Assembly: GCA_902573015.1 (NCBI GenBank)
Contig: CACGIE010000005.1
Span: 1 to 53,960 of the forward strand
Direction of reading: 5' to 3'
Length of the DNA: 53,960 nt
DNA from: an uncultured Candidatus Poseidoniales archaeon
Lineage (GTDB): Archaea > Thermoplasmatota > Poseidoniia > Poseidoniales > Thalassarchaeaceae
Below the pieces are notes generated by a model. That model saw only the letters and a program-made list of their open reading frames with translations. It made no database searches and had not been told where the DNA came from. Positions 9,228 to 20,500 of this stretch are shown in pieces. Position 1 is the stretch's first letter, and each line of letters opens with the position of its first letter. The position numbers were made by a program, and so were the translations under genes.

Positions 9228-12039
9228 CTGGATTCGACCCCCCGCCCTGTGCCATCGTCCTGCTCCCTCCCCCTCCTCCGCTGATATGTACGGAAATAGA
9301 GTTCAGGATATCCACTGCATTGTGCCTCTCTTCGGCTAGAGAGCCTTCTGTACTGGCGACTATAATCCTCCCTCCTCCTTCCCTTGTTCCAAGGACGGCA
9401 AGTGTTGGACTGGATGGATCGCGTGTTAGTTCTCCAAGCATTGACATCAGTGCCTTCATTTCGGCATCGACTTCCATAACAACATAGCGAACACCATCCT
9501 TCTCAACGGAGTCTTGCCCTCCTCCATCGGTTCTTAATCTGACAATCTCGGCCTCCAAAGACTCGATTCTCTTTTGCTGAGATTTCCACTGTTCAAAGAA
9601 CCTGAGTACTGCATTGGGGAGATCCTCGGGGGAAACCCCCAGAACCTCGCTGGACTCGTTCAGCAGACGCTCCTGCTCCCTTGCGTGTTCGCGTGCCGTG
9701 TCCCCTGCCACGATCTGCAGACGCTCCACCCCGTCTTGGACTTGACTGGAGCGGATGATGCGTAATTCACCAATTTGTCCGGTCGAGTCGTGATGCGTCC
9801 CCCCGCAGGCCTGTGAATCGTGATTCCCTATTCTTATCACTCGTATGTCAGCTTGTTTTGGAGGACCCCCTTGGTATATTTCAAAACCGAATTCCTCGTC
9901 TGCCTCGGCCCTATGCATCACTAGTTTCTCGACAGGGATATTTGCTTCGATGATTGAATTGGCATGGTCCTCGATTCTGTCCAACTCCTCCCTTGATAGT
10001 CTGGAGTGGTGAGTGAGGTCGATTCTAGCGTATCTGAATCCTTTGCTTGACCCTGCCTGCCAGATGTGTGGACCGAGAAGTGCTCTTGAGCTTCCTCCTA
10101 CGATGTGCACTGCAGTGTGATGATCCATGAGTTGGCTACGCCTCTCCCATGAAACCTCCCCGGATACTTTTCCGAGCGGTACTTCAGAGTCTGTAAGGTG
10201 GAAAATCACGTCTCCTTCAATTCTTGTATCTACTACTCTTGATCTACCGATCTGTCCTTGGTCTCCCAATTGACCGCCACCCTCCGGATAAAATAGGGTC
10301 CTGTCCAGAACAACATAGTGAGTCGGTGTCACCTTCACCTCGGTAGAAAGTTCTAGCAAATTTATCTGAGAATCGGTGAGCTGATTGCAAGCAAGTGCCG
10401 TTGCCTCGAATGAGGTCTTGCTGGTATCATCGTAGTAATCCCTAGAGGTTTCTGGAAAATCGTTAGATGGGAATATATCGGTTCTAGATTTCTCCTTCGC
10501 TGCAGCTTTGGTACGCTCAGCGTTTCTTGAGGCCATATCTGCAGCGAAACCGACTCTGACCTCTAGTTCGGACCATCCTGATAAATTGGCTATAGAGATG
10601 GCCATTTCCGGATTTAATCCACGTTCTTCGGAAAGGCGGAAGAGTACTTCATCTGGTGCCTCGCTTGAGTCCTTAGGGAGGTCACGAAGCGCCGTTCTAA
10701 CCGCTGATTCTCCCTTTCTCAGCATTACGTAGTACCTCTTCTCCTCGAGATCTAGGATATGTAGGACTCCCTCTCGGGATTGTGTGAATCTAGAGAAGTC
10801 TAGGTGGGCATCTATGTGATGGGATCCGAGTTCGGATAGTGATACTCCGAGTTCTAGATCATCCTTCATCCTGCAAACTCTCCTGGCCAGCATTCTAACC
10901 AAGTACCCGGCCTTTGAATTACTGGGGACAAGCCCGTCGCCAAGCATGTTGCATATTGCATGCATGTGATCGGGGATGGCATAAATGCTTGAGAGCGGCT
11001 CAGTGAGTAGTTTGAGGTCCTCAATAGATACGTCCAAGCCGGACTCCCCCAGCCTGCTTGACAGTTTTACGAAGAGTGACTCGACGTCTGTCCCCACATC
11101 AATATTCAGAATTCCTGCTAGTCTGGAAATTTCTCCTAGGAGATCCCCCGTATCTACAGAAATACCTAGATCGTCCACGAGTTTTTCGAAACTCGCCAGT
11201 TTCTTCAGCCACGTCACAGATTCGGGATATATTGCGTCGTAAATCGTTGGAGTTCCAGCAGCAGCCCAGCAGAACCTCTCGAGCCCATACCCCGTATCGA
11301 TTATCTGCAAGTCCATCTCCCTGTAATTTAGTCCCTTAATCTCTATATCCCCATCTTTGTGCTCTTCCAGATTCATGAAGACGAGTGTAGCCAGTTCTAG
11401 GCCTCCCACAATAACCTCTAGTGCAGGTCCTGCGTTCCCGCCTCCAGACCATGGATTCTCCACATAGGTTAGCTCGTTCGGGTCGATTCCGAACGACTCG
11501 ACAAGCATCTCATCGCAATATCTGACGCACTGGTCAATCCAATACACGACACTACCTTCACTGGACTTGTTGAATGCATGGTGTGCCATCATCTCGAATG
11601 TAGACAGGTGTCTTCCAGATCTTCCAACTGCGGCAACGTCTGTGAGCCTTATACAGGGCTGGCTGATCACCAAAGGATTTGCTGGAGGTGGAACTAGGCC
11701 GCTAGTCACATGGGGTTGGAAGTCTGCTATACTGGCTATAGTCAGATGAATATCGTCCCTCCATCTTGCAACTACTGGATATGGAGAAACTCTGGAGTGT
11801 CCTTTCTTTTCGAAGAAGTCCTGAAATCTTTCCCTCATAGCGTCCTTGAGTTCCTTGCCAAGGAACTGAAATCCGTCGATGATCGGCTCTCCAATGAATG
11901 TGTAGGGATCCTCTGTGCTATCTCCACAGGTTTCCCTACTCTGATCTCTAGTCCAGAATCTGGAGCCGGTTATTATGCAGGTCTTACAAACGTGGCCCGA
12001 TTCTTCCCAGAAGGGAATTTCTACTTCTCCAAAGGCCAC
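9178..12039 (-). CDS. alaS: Alanine--tRNA ligase, archaeal type
   Basis: 953 aa. N-terminal Cys-rich archaeal AlaRS region (CKTCIITGSRFWT...CGD), editing-domain HxxxH/CGGTH motifs (HTAVHIV, ACGGTHH) and a C-terminal DHHA1-like region. GTG start at 12039. Confidence 0.95.
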   Translation of the reverse strand: MAFGEVEIPFWEESGHVCKTCIITGSRFWTRDQSRETCGDSTEDPYTFIGEPIIDGFQFLGKELKDAMRERFQDFFEKKGHSRVSPYPVVARWRDDIHLTIASIADFQPHVTSGLVPPPANPLVISQPCIRLTDVAAVGRSGRHLSTFEMMAHHAFNKSSEGSVVYWIDQCVRYCDEMLVESFGIDPNELTYVENPWSGGGNAGPALEVIVGGLELATLVFMNLEEHKDGDIEIKGLNYREMDLQIIDTGYGLERFCWAAAGTPTIYDAIYPESVTWLKKLASFEKLVDDLGISVDTGDLLGEISRLAGILNIDVGTDVESLFVKLSSRLGESGLDVSIEDLKLLTEPLSSIYAIPDHMHAICNMLGDGLVPSNSKAGYLVRMLARRVCRMKDDLELGVSLSELGSHHIDAHLDFSRFTQSREGVLHILDLEEKRYYVMLRKGESAVRTALRDLPKDSSEAPDEVLFRLSEERGLNPEMAISIANLSGWSELEVRVGFAADMASRNAERTKAAAKEKSRTDIFPSNDFPETSRDYYDDTSKTSFEATALACNQLTDSQINLLELSTEVKVTPTHYVVLDRTLFYPEGGGQLGDQGQIGRSRVVDTRIEGDVIFHLTDSEVPLGKVSGEVSWERRSQLMDHHTAVHIVGGSSRALLGPHIWQAGSSKGFRYARIDLTHHSRLSREELDRIEDHANSIIEANIPVEKLVMHRAEADEEFGFEIYQGGPPKQADIRVIRIGNHDSQACGGTHHDSTGQIGELRIIRSSQVQDGVERLQIVAGDTAREHAREQERLLNESSEVLGVSPEDLPNAVLRFFEQWKSQQKRIESLEAEIVRLRTDGGGQDSVEKDGVRYVVMEVDAEMKALMSMLGELTRDPSSPTLAVLGTREGGGRIIVASTEGSLAEERHNAVDILNSISVHISGGGGGSRTMAQGGGSNPDGIPQALDSAREILGL

Positions 12040-12137
12040 TGTGTCCCCCTCGGCTAGCCCATTGGATACCGGGTCTTGAAGTCAATGCGAGAATTACTCC
12101 CGGTGTGTTGAAACGATAGGGGTTCTCAGAAAGGCTG

Positions 12138-13625
12138 ATGGAGGACTGGAGGGATTATCTCAAGCCAGACGGGGATTCTCTAATGAGGATAAAGAAAAGG
12201 AGGGGTATGCTTGTCGATGCAGTGATTGTCTCTGATTCAGAACATGTAGGTAAGAGCAATGACAGATCTCTCGAGCAATTGGCCAATGCCGCATCTCTAC
12301 CGGGAGTAGTTGGTGAAGCTTGGGGGATGGCAGACTTCCATCAAGGCTATGGATTTCCAATCGGAGGAGTGGTGGCAACCGACATAGAAAATGGCGGAGT
12401 AATCTCACCGGGCGGTGTTGGTTTCGACATCAACTGTGGAGTTCGTCTATGCTCTATTGATCTGGGTTTGGAAGACCTAGTACATTTGACTAGAAAGAAG
12501 TCTGGGAGTGGAAGTAAGGAGTTCGGAAATCGACTAAAGGCGAGAATTCCTGCTGGAGAGTCTGGGAAGGGCGGTTTCAAGTTGAGTCCCCATGATCTGG
12601 ATGAAATCCTAGCTGGAGGGGCAAAGGGTGCGGCAGAAATTGGAATAGGCCATGACGATGATCTTTCGAGAATGGAGATGAATGGTAATTTGGATGGAGA
12701 TGCCAGTAGTATTTCTGAGATTGCCAAGAGGAGGGGCTTGTCTGCACTGGGCTCCATAGGCAGGGGGAACCACTTCCTGGAGATTCAAGTGGTAGACGAA
12801 ATAATCGATGAAAGGGCCGCTAGTGCATTTGGCCTCGAGGAAGGGAGGTTGACAGCAATGATCCACACCGGATCTAGGGGGCTTGGTTACCAAGTCTGCT
12901 CTGAGCACGTAAAGGAACTGGAGGGACGTTACAGACACCATGGGGGTATTTGGGAATCAGAGGATTGGGGGATCTCCATTTCTGACCCACAGTTGGCTTC
13001 CGCACCATTCTTCTCACGGGAGGGGGAGTCTTACTTCGAAGCGATGAGGTCCGCTGGAAATTATGCATTTGCGAATAGGAATTGTGTGACTCAGAGCCTA
13101 AGAGGGGCACTAAAGGCGCATATGGGCACAGAAGTTGATGTTGATGTGATATACGACGTTTGCCACAACATTGCCAGGGTTGAGGAGCACGTTGTTCATG
13201 GTTCAAACTGCAATTGCTGTGTCCACAGAAAGGGGGCAACTAGATCGTTCGGAGGGGATAGTGATGAGCTATCCGAAGAGTTTGGGGGAATCGGGCAACC
13301 TGTTCTAGTTCCAGGGGATATGGGGACGTCTTCTTTCGTAATGTCAGGTCCGAAAAAGGGGACTAATCAGGCATTTGGTTCATCTTGTCATGGGGCTGGG
13401 AGGGCGATGTCCAGAACACAGGCCAGAGAGGAAATAGATGGTGCGAAGGTGAAGAGGGAGTTAAGGGAGAAGGGCATTGCGATATATGAGACTCATGAGA
13501 AGTACCTATCAGAAGAAGCCCCAGATGCATACAAGGACATTGACGATGTAATCAGACTTACCGATAGGGCCGGTCTCGCACGCCCAGTTGCCAGGCTCAG
13601 GCCCCTGATTGTGATCAAGGGATAG
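12138..13625 (+). CDS. rtcB: RNA-splicing ligase RtcB
   Basis: Motifs GVGFDINCGVR, GNHFLEIQ, HTGSRGLG, VPGDMGT and SCHGAGR. 495 aa, with no intein-sized insertion. Confidence 0.95.
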   Translation: MEDWRDYLKPDGDSLMRIKKRRGMLVDAVIVSDSEHVGKSNDRSLEQLANAASLPGVVGEAWGMADFHQGYGFPIGGVVATDIENGGVISPGGVGFDINCGVRLCSIDLGLEDLVHLTRKKSGSGSKEFGNRLKARIPAGESGKGGFKLSPHDLDEILAGGAKGAAEIGIGHDDDLSRMEMNGNLDGDASSISEIAKRRGLSALGSIGRGNHFLEIQVVDEIIDERAASAFGLEEGRLTAMIHTGSRGLGYQVCSEHVKELEGRYRHHGGIWESEDWGISISDPQLASAPFFSREGESYFEAMRSAGNYAFANRNCVTQSLRGALKAHMGTEVDVDVIYDVCHNIARVEEHVVHGSNCNCCVHRKGATRSFGGDSDELSEEFGGIGQPVLVPGDMGTSSFVMSGPKKGTNQAFGSSCHGAGRAMSRTQAREEIDGAKVKRELREKGIAIYETHEKYLSEEAPDAYKDIDDVIRLTDRAGLARPVARLRPLIVIKG

Positions 13626-13626
13626 T

Positions 13627-14193
13627 CTACTTCGAAACGAAAATCAGCTCGATGTCGTCATAGTCGTTCATTACGTACTCTTCGAACTTGTCATTGCTAT
13701 CTCCGTTGACTGTCATGGATATATCGAATTCTTCCCAATCAGAGACCCCATTACTGTTAATGTCGAACATCCTGTCCTCGGTCAGGGAAGGAGATGCCCC
13801 CGGAGCCTCCCTGCCCCAAATCTCGAAGAAAGCGCCCAGTGGGACGTTCATTTTCGACGGAGTCTCGATGTGGAGCTTCGTGAATCCAGAATCAGATGCA
13901 TCGTGGACGTGGATCCACCTCATTCCTTCTCTGCATCCGGTCTGATCTATCCCCGTGTTGGGTTCAATTGGAATCTGCTGGCCATCGACGATTACCTTCA
14001 GATTCGGGTGGTAGTGTTCGGATATCCCCACGTCTGCGTGATCCAAACCCCCCAAGCAACCGTCCGAAACATCCCAGTCAGGTTCGGGGTCGAAGACCTC
14101 TGGGTTAAATACTGCAACCGCGAAAAAGCCGACTGTAAAGACTGCTGCAATGGAAATTAGCCATTGCTCGGAGCTCAAGGAAGGCATTTGCAT
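13627..14193 (-). CDS. Membrane-anchored extracytoplasmic protein of unknown function with a His/Cys motif
   Basis: N-terminal TM helix (WLISIAAVFTVGFFAVAVF). HYHPNLKVIVDG...GC..(W)IHVHD...LHIE...FFEIWG pattern. Confidence 0.6.
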   Translation of the reverse strand: MQMPSLSSEQWLISIAAVFTVGFFAVAVFNPEVFDPEPDWDVSDGCLGGLDHADVGISEHYHPNLKVIVDGQQIPIEPNTGIDQTGCREGMRWIHVHDASDSGFTKLHIETPSKMNVPLGAFFEIWGREAPGASPSLTEDRMFDINSNGVSDWEEFDISMTVNGDSNDKFEEYVMNDYDDIELIFVSK

Positions 14194-14241
14194 GATGGTG
14201 CGGAGTTAGGCATTTCTCTTGAACTATGGGGGAAGAGGTGC

Positions 14242-14451
14242 CTACATCGAGTAACCGAGGCTTGGAAGAGGGGTAATCGGCTGGGCTGAGCCCGATTGGA
14301 CCCCATCCGCCTCCTCCATGATTATGGTCAGTAGTGTGTTCACTAGCGCTCTTAGCTCCTCGAGCTCCTGCTTCAATTCATCCATTCTGGCTATCTCTGT
14401 CATATTGGCATCCCATCCGAGGGATCTCTCCCTCTCACTTGAGATTGACAA
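14242..14451 (-). CDS. Small coiled-coil hypothetical protein (real start may be the ATG at 14403)
   Basis: The ORF opens on TTG. There is an in-frame ATG at 14403, and a TTTATA box (14460-14465, minus strand) lies upstream. Heptad-like MDELKQELEELRALVNTLL. Confidence 0.3.
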   Translation of the reverse strand: MSISSERERSLGWDANMTEIARMDELKQELEELRALVNTLLTIIMEEADGVQSGSAQPITPLPSLGYSM

Positions 14452-14525
14452 GTATGGCCTATAAACAAGATAGTTCGTTTTCTGCGAAATAGATACTTTG
14501 CGGTACCCCTAGAATTTCGTCGGCC

Positions 14526-17500
14526 CTACTCCTCGTGTTCCTCGTGTTCCTCGTAGTCCTCGTACTCCTCGTCATAGTATTCGCTATCTCCCGCAGACCT
14601 TCGGATTACGTAGAATGCGGCACCCATCAGGGAAACCAGAATTAGGAGGGACCCTGCAATCAAGACGAACTCGCCTCCAGACTGGCCGCCTTCGGATAAT
14701 GATGAGACCTGTATGTCGCTAATCTCCACGTTCATGTAATTATCATTGCCATAGTCCCCATCTACTACCAGTACTAGCAAAGGCTGTCCGGCTTCTGAGG
14801 GGCTGTATTCAAACTCGGCCTTGACACTGGAGCTTCCAGGAGGGAGATACAACTCTACTGGGCCGTTGATGAGTGTGGATATCGATGGTTGGAAGGTACC
14901 GTCTATCCTCTGCTCGTAGAGGCCTACATTGATTGTACCGTCGTTCTTGCCCGGGTTCTCCCAGTAGGTTACGATTGTGATCTTGTCGCCAACTAAAGGA
15001 TTCTTGGTGGGAGTTACCACGGAGCGGGTGTACTGTCCGTCGAACTCAACTAGCCTAATTGTGGGGGTCCTCGGAGAGTCGGGGCCACCGAGACCTGCTA
15101 CCTGGTTTCCTGCCTTGTCGGTGGAGGTAATCCAGAACGAGACCTTGTCCCCGTCGCTAATCTCAAACTCCAAGGAAGGCGAGAAGTCTACATCTCCCCG
15201 ATATACATGGACATCGTCTACACTTGAGAACCACGGAACTTCGCCGCTGTCCTCGGTGCCGGGGATAATCTGGCCGTTCCTCTGGAATGCCCATGAGACC
15301 TGAAGAGGTCCGAAGTTCATCCCTATCTCCTCCATTATGGTAATCGTGACAGTTACTGAGTCCATGTTGTTGGTCTCGATCACTGTGAGTGATGAGTCCG
15401 GGTATGCTTCAACGTTGAACAATGCCGTGGGCGGCTTCGTATCCACCGTTACGGATGCTTGTGAGTCATCGACCGAGTGGGCATTGCCCGGTACTCCGGT
15501 TAATGAGGTCGTGAGGACCGTCGTTGGATTAATTGGCTGGAAATTTGGCAGAGTCATCTCTACTGTGAAATTGCCATTGGCATCCACGGCACCTAATGAC
15601 TCGTAGTTCCCGCTCCCGTAGGTCATAGAAAGCACAGCGGTTAGATCCTGGTTTACCTCGGATATCCGAATTCCAGAGCCTTCGTGGTGGACAGAACCGC
15701 TAACTGAGAATGTGTCTCCCTGTCCGAGGTAGAGGGAGGTCCCTAACGCCGGAATTATGGGCTCCGATAGGTCCTCTGCCGCGTTTGGAATGGCTGATAT
15801 CCTGTTGTCTAGACGCCATGAAAGAGAGCTTAGGACTTCTGACTCTATCTGGTCCAGTCCGTCCTCCACCAATACTCTGGGCTTGCAGTCGAAGTCTTGC
15901 TCTGTGAATGGCATGTCCCACGAAATCTTGAATCTGACGCTCAGCTCGGTTACTGTGGAGGTTATGGCTTCGGTGCTGGCCCCAATAACCTCCAACATGC
16001 TACTGCTAGGGCTTAGCAGCGTAGAGGTGAATGGCTCGTAGGAGAATACACCGTATTCGCTCCCGTAGCCGCAGAGGAATACAGAGATGTTGTCAATCGT
16101 TCGGAATCCGTTGGGTTCGTCCAGCCTCACTTTGAATGTGTGCTCAATTCCCGGAACCAAGAAGTAGTCGATACTATCCTGTGTAAGCCTGTCTAATGAG
16201 AACGTTGAGCCTCCTCCGGAACCTGTCCCGAGACCCGCGCCTGCGAATTCCACCATCACGTCCTCAGCCACGACCACCGATGCCCATGAGTTGGTAGCAC
16301 CGGGACCCCCTCCTGTGGAGCCATCCTGGTAGCTAAGGCCGACCCAATCCGTACCCTCGACATAGAGATGGATAAGCTCGTTATCCATCGAGGAGACATC
16401 TAATCCCATGAACTGAACTTGCTGTTCCCCGGTTAATCCGACGCTGAGCTCCCTGTTCTGGGACTGGTACTCTGACTCATCGGCAATTCCGTCAGAATTC
16501 TGGTCGTCTACTCCCTCTCTCCAGTATCTCAGAGTCAGAGACTCCCCTCTGGCCTGGTCTTCACTGATAGTGATGTAAGGGGAGAAAGTAGTCGGGGGGA
16601 CTACCATGCCGTCAACGAACTGAAGGCCTACGGGTGTCTGGACTTGCATCCTACCTGCCACAGGGGGACTATTGTCTACTACGATATCCACCATTGGGGG
16701 GACGCCGGTAGTGTCTTCTGCTCCGTTGGTTGAGGATGATGGCCCTACTCTCAGCATTAGAGGAGAGAGGGTCATGGAAGACAACCCAGTGGGGGATTGA
16801 ACCACACCTGAGAAGGACCCCTGATCCCCTGCCTGTAGAGGGTATATGGATCCCGAGAGGTTCAATGCAACGGAAAAGTCGCTTGCTTGGGGTCTCCGAT
16901 TCTCATTATCTTGGAATCTAACTGTTCCAGATATATTCAGGGGCCCTCCTTCTTGGATGGGGAACGGGTAGAATAGGGTATCATAGGTGTTGGAAATTAC
17001 CCTATCAAACTGGTCTCTTATCTCGAAGTAGTCTATCTGTAGATCATTCTCTACGGCATTCTCACCGGAGCGACCGCTCTCCGATGTAGCGGGCCATATG
17101 GTTTCCCCGTCTATATCGTTTGCTCGGGCCTCCCACTCTATGCTGTCTACATCGTCCCAGTTCCAATCAACTTTGAACTTCCAGTGGACTTCGATATCGA
17201 CGTACCCGTCGCTGTGCAGAGACTCCGTGACATAGCTCGCGTCCATGCTCAGAGGGGCTATGCTGTCTCCTGAGTTCTGCGAGAATTGCACATCTCCAGA
17301 GCCCGTCCCCCAGAGGCCGTCGGGACTATTCTCTACCCGGAACCCGATAGATTGACCGTCCGAGGATGTTCCGACTAAGGTGATATCTGCGAGTTGAGAG
17401 TTGTCATAGAGATGATGGTGACTTGTGACGATTTCGATTATCTCACCGTCTGGGTAGAACGTATTAGGGACTGAGAAATCCCTGTTTACAAACATGAAGT

Positions 17501-20500
17501 CGTAAACTATCGAACCATCCAAGGAGAGTGCCCCGTAGTCCGAGGTATAACTCAGTGGGATGTCCGTCTCGTCTTCGAAGTCGACACCGGAGATTTCATC
17601 CAAGTATCCTTCGATTCCCGGTCCCAGTCCGGAGACGTTCTCAAAGAACAGGTATCCGATACCCATTGAAGAAATGTGTATTGTCTGAGCAGAGCTGGAG
17701 GATACGGATATTGGGACCTCGAGCCAATCCCTCCCATTCTGAGAGTCGGTGTGAGTGGGATTGAGATACCCTATTCCAGAAATTTGTGCCTGGCTGAGAA
17801 TACTTGTGAAGGCTGAGTTCCCAGAACCACCAGAAATCGAGGATCCGGCTACTGAGACTGTGACTGGGGATTCGAAGCCGTCATCGTCCGGAGAAATACT
17901 CACGAATCCAGAGGTGACTGTTGCAGATTCGGGAATCAGCGCGGTGAGACTCTGGGGGTTAGTACCGTCCAGATCTAGAGAGGCGCTTCGCGAGTATGAG
18001 TCATCGAGAGTCATCCATGACTGCCATCCTAGGTTTCCGTAAGCTAGTTGCCCCGAATCATCGATCATCGGGAATTCCCAGTCATCAGAGCCATCGTTCA
18101 GCACATCCAGATGAGGGTTTGAAGGTGGGTTGGAGAACGATGAGGTGATTCTCAGAACATCTATCCACCCGTTAGTGGGAAGGGTTACTGATGTAGAGAA
18201 ACCAACTTGCTGGGAAGAGAACTGTATGGTGCCTCCCTTGCTTGCGGTGCCGAGAGAGTTGCCCAGCTTATCGTAAATTGTAACGGAGACTGTGCTGGAA
18301 ATGTTTCCGTAAATTGTTACGCTCTTGATGGGACGGGGAGAGAAGACGAACTCAGATGATATCGTCCCGGTTATTGCAGTGGCGTTAAGCAAACCGTCTA
18401 CAACCTCAATGCCAGCGCTGTACTCCCAGCCATTTTGTCCCGAGTCTGCGTTTAGTACTCTCTTTCCACCGATGTGCACCTTCTCCAAGCTTGGAGTCTG
18501 CTCGGGGTCATCCGAGCCCATGTGGACTTTCAGTCTGACCTGCGGGTACTGTTCGGCGTCTACCCCTGCAAGGCTGAATGGGAATGAGATGTTGGAGAAA
18601 CCTGGAACCTGTTCCCCGGTGCTCGCCTCCAATAGCGAGCCACGAATCCACCCCTCCTCGCCTGCATGTCCCTCGATGTCGACAAAACCTAGGTTGAATT
18701 TCCTGTCGGAGTCCAACGAGATGGATGGACTTAGCCAGCTTCCCGGGATGCCGAAGTTTGAGATTTGGACTCCAGCGTTGTCTATGAACCATCCAGCGAG
18801 GCTGTAGTAACCATCGGATCCAAATGCGAATTTGAATTTGACAGAGTCCCCCTTGTAGGCATCTAGGTTTGCCCTGAGATTAGTCATCTGACCGGTCGAT
18901 GCCCATGTCCCAGAAAAAGCCGTACCAGTACAGTGATCCATCGTGAAAATGCCCATTCCCTGTAGATTGTGGCCTGCGAAAGAAGAAGCGGTACCAGAAT
19001 ACCATCCTGGATCGAAGTACTGCCATGCCCCATTGTTCACTTTGATGAAAACCGCGCCTCCGTCCCATCCTGCCTCTGAACACGACCAATGGTCAAATGT
19101 CAGATATGAGGTCCCATTGAGTGGGATGTCGTAGCTAGGAGAAATCAGTCGAGCCTCATCGATTCCGTTCTCATAATTGCCTGAGAACCCGACCCCATAC
19201 GCGTATGGGAAAGAGGCAGTAAGTGGGGGTCCAGAGTTTGATGAAAGCTTGTTCAATGTGAATTTGCATTTGTCATTGCTACATGTGCCAGATGTTGAGC
19301 GCGTCCACCCCGGCGCTTCTGAGACTGTTGGGGAGTTAGCAGTCGAGTCTTCGAATCCTATCATTTCGGATTGAACTCCCTTGGTTACGACCCTGTAAAT
19401 CCAGTCATCTGGGGCAGGGTTGCCTTGAGAATCCGGCATCCCGTAGTGAGACATAGTTGAGGAAGAGGAGAAGTCATCGACGAACATGCTACTTCCATCG
19501 TAATCTACCACTCTGAACTGGGATACGGTTAGTCCCTCCCTTGTATCGGGAGTCCCGCCCCCGTAATTGAATGAAGAACTGGTGTCAACGACTATTCTGA
19601 TGTCAACGCTGGACTGATCCTGGAAACCGGACGGGATGTCGAATGAGACCAATCTAAATTCGCCGCTCTGATCCCCGTATGTTTGTCCGTTGTCCGCAGT
19701 GTAACCGTTTCCGGGAATAGGTCCGGACCTGACCGAGCAATCCGAAGAAGTACTGCTAGTACTTGATGAGATATCCGCCCATGTATTGCCGTTCAATGAA
19801 AGTTCTATGCAAGCATTGTCGCTAGAACCGCCCTCCAAGTCCCACTCCATGTTGAACTCTATCTTTGACGTGGAGTTCGTTCCCGTAAGATCGATGTTCC
19901 TCCCGAGGACGCCGTAGGCGTTTGAGTTGTATGTGCAAGAAGAGGCAGTCGTGGTGTAGCACCCATGGTGCCAGACATCCAGATCCACCCCCTCATTGAT
20001 AGTCTCGATTTGATCTATGAACCATCCCGGCCTCTCATTTGTTGAATCTGGATGGGTCCAGATTACGAATCGGAATTGAATTTGATCCGCCTGGTCGATT
20101 CCGGAAAGGGAGGAAAGAGAGAAGTTACTGGTAACCCACCCGCTGTGGGAGTCAGAAGCAAATACGGGCACAGGTGATGATGCCCCGATTGGAACGGGAG
20201 CATCGGTCGATAGAGTGCTGGGGTACCCACCTTGTGGTTCTATGTAGGACCAATTTCCCCAATTGGAGTCGGACTGGAGCCTGTATTCCACCCAAGTCCC
20301 ATCCCCCTCTCCAGATGCTGTACTATCTAGGTGGTACCAGTGATCGAAGGTCAGGTAGTATTCACTGATATACTGGCTATTTGGCACTGTTTGCGCTGGA
20401 ACTACTAGATGTCCAAATGTGCCTGCAGGCACCGGTTCACCGGGCATGGTCCCGGCTGAAACCAGACCCTGAGGCGAGGATGACGGGACTATCCCGTGGG

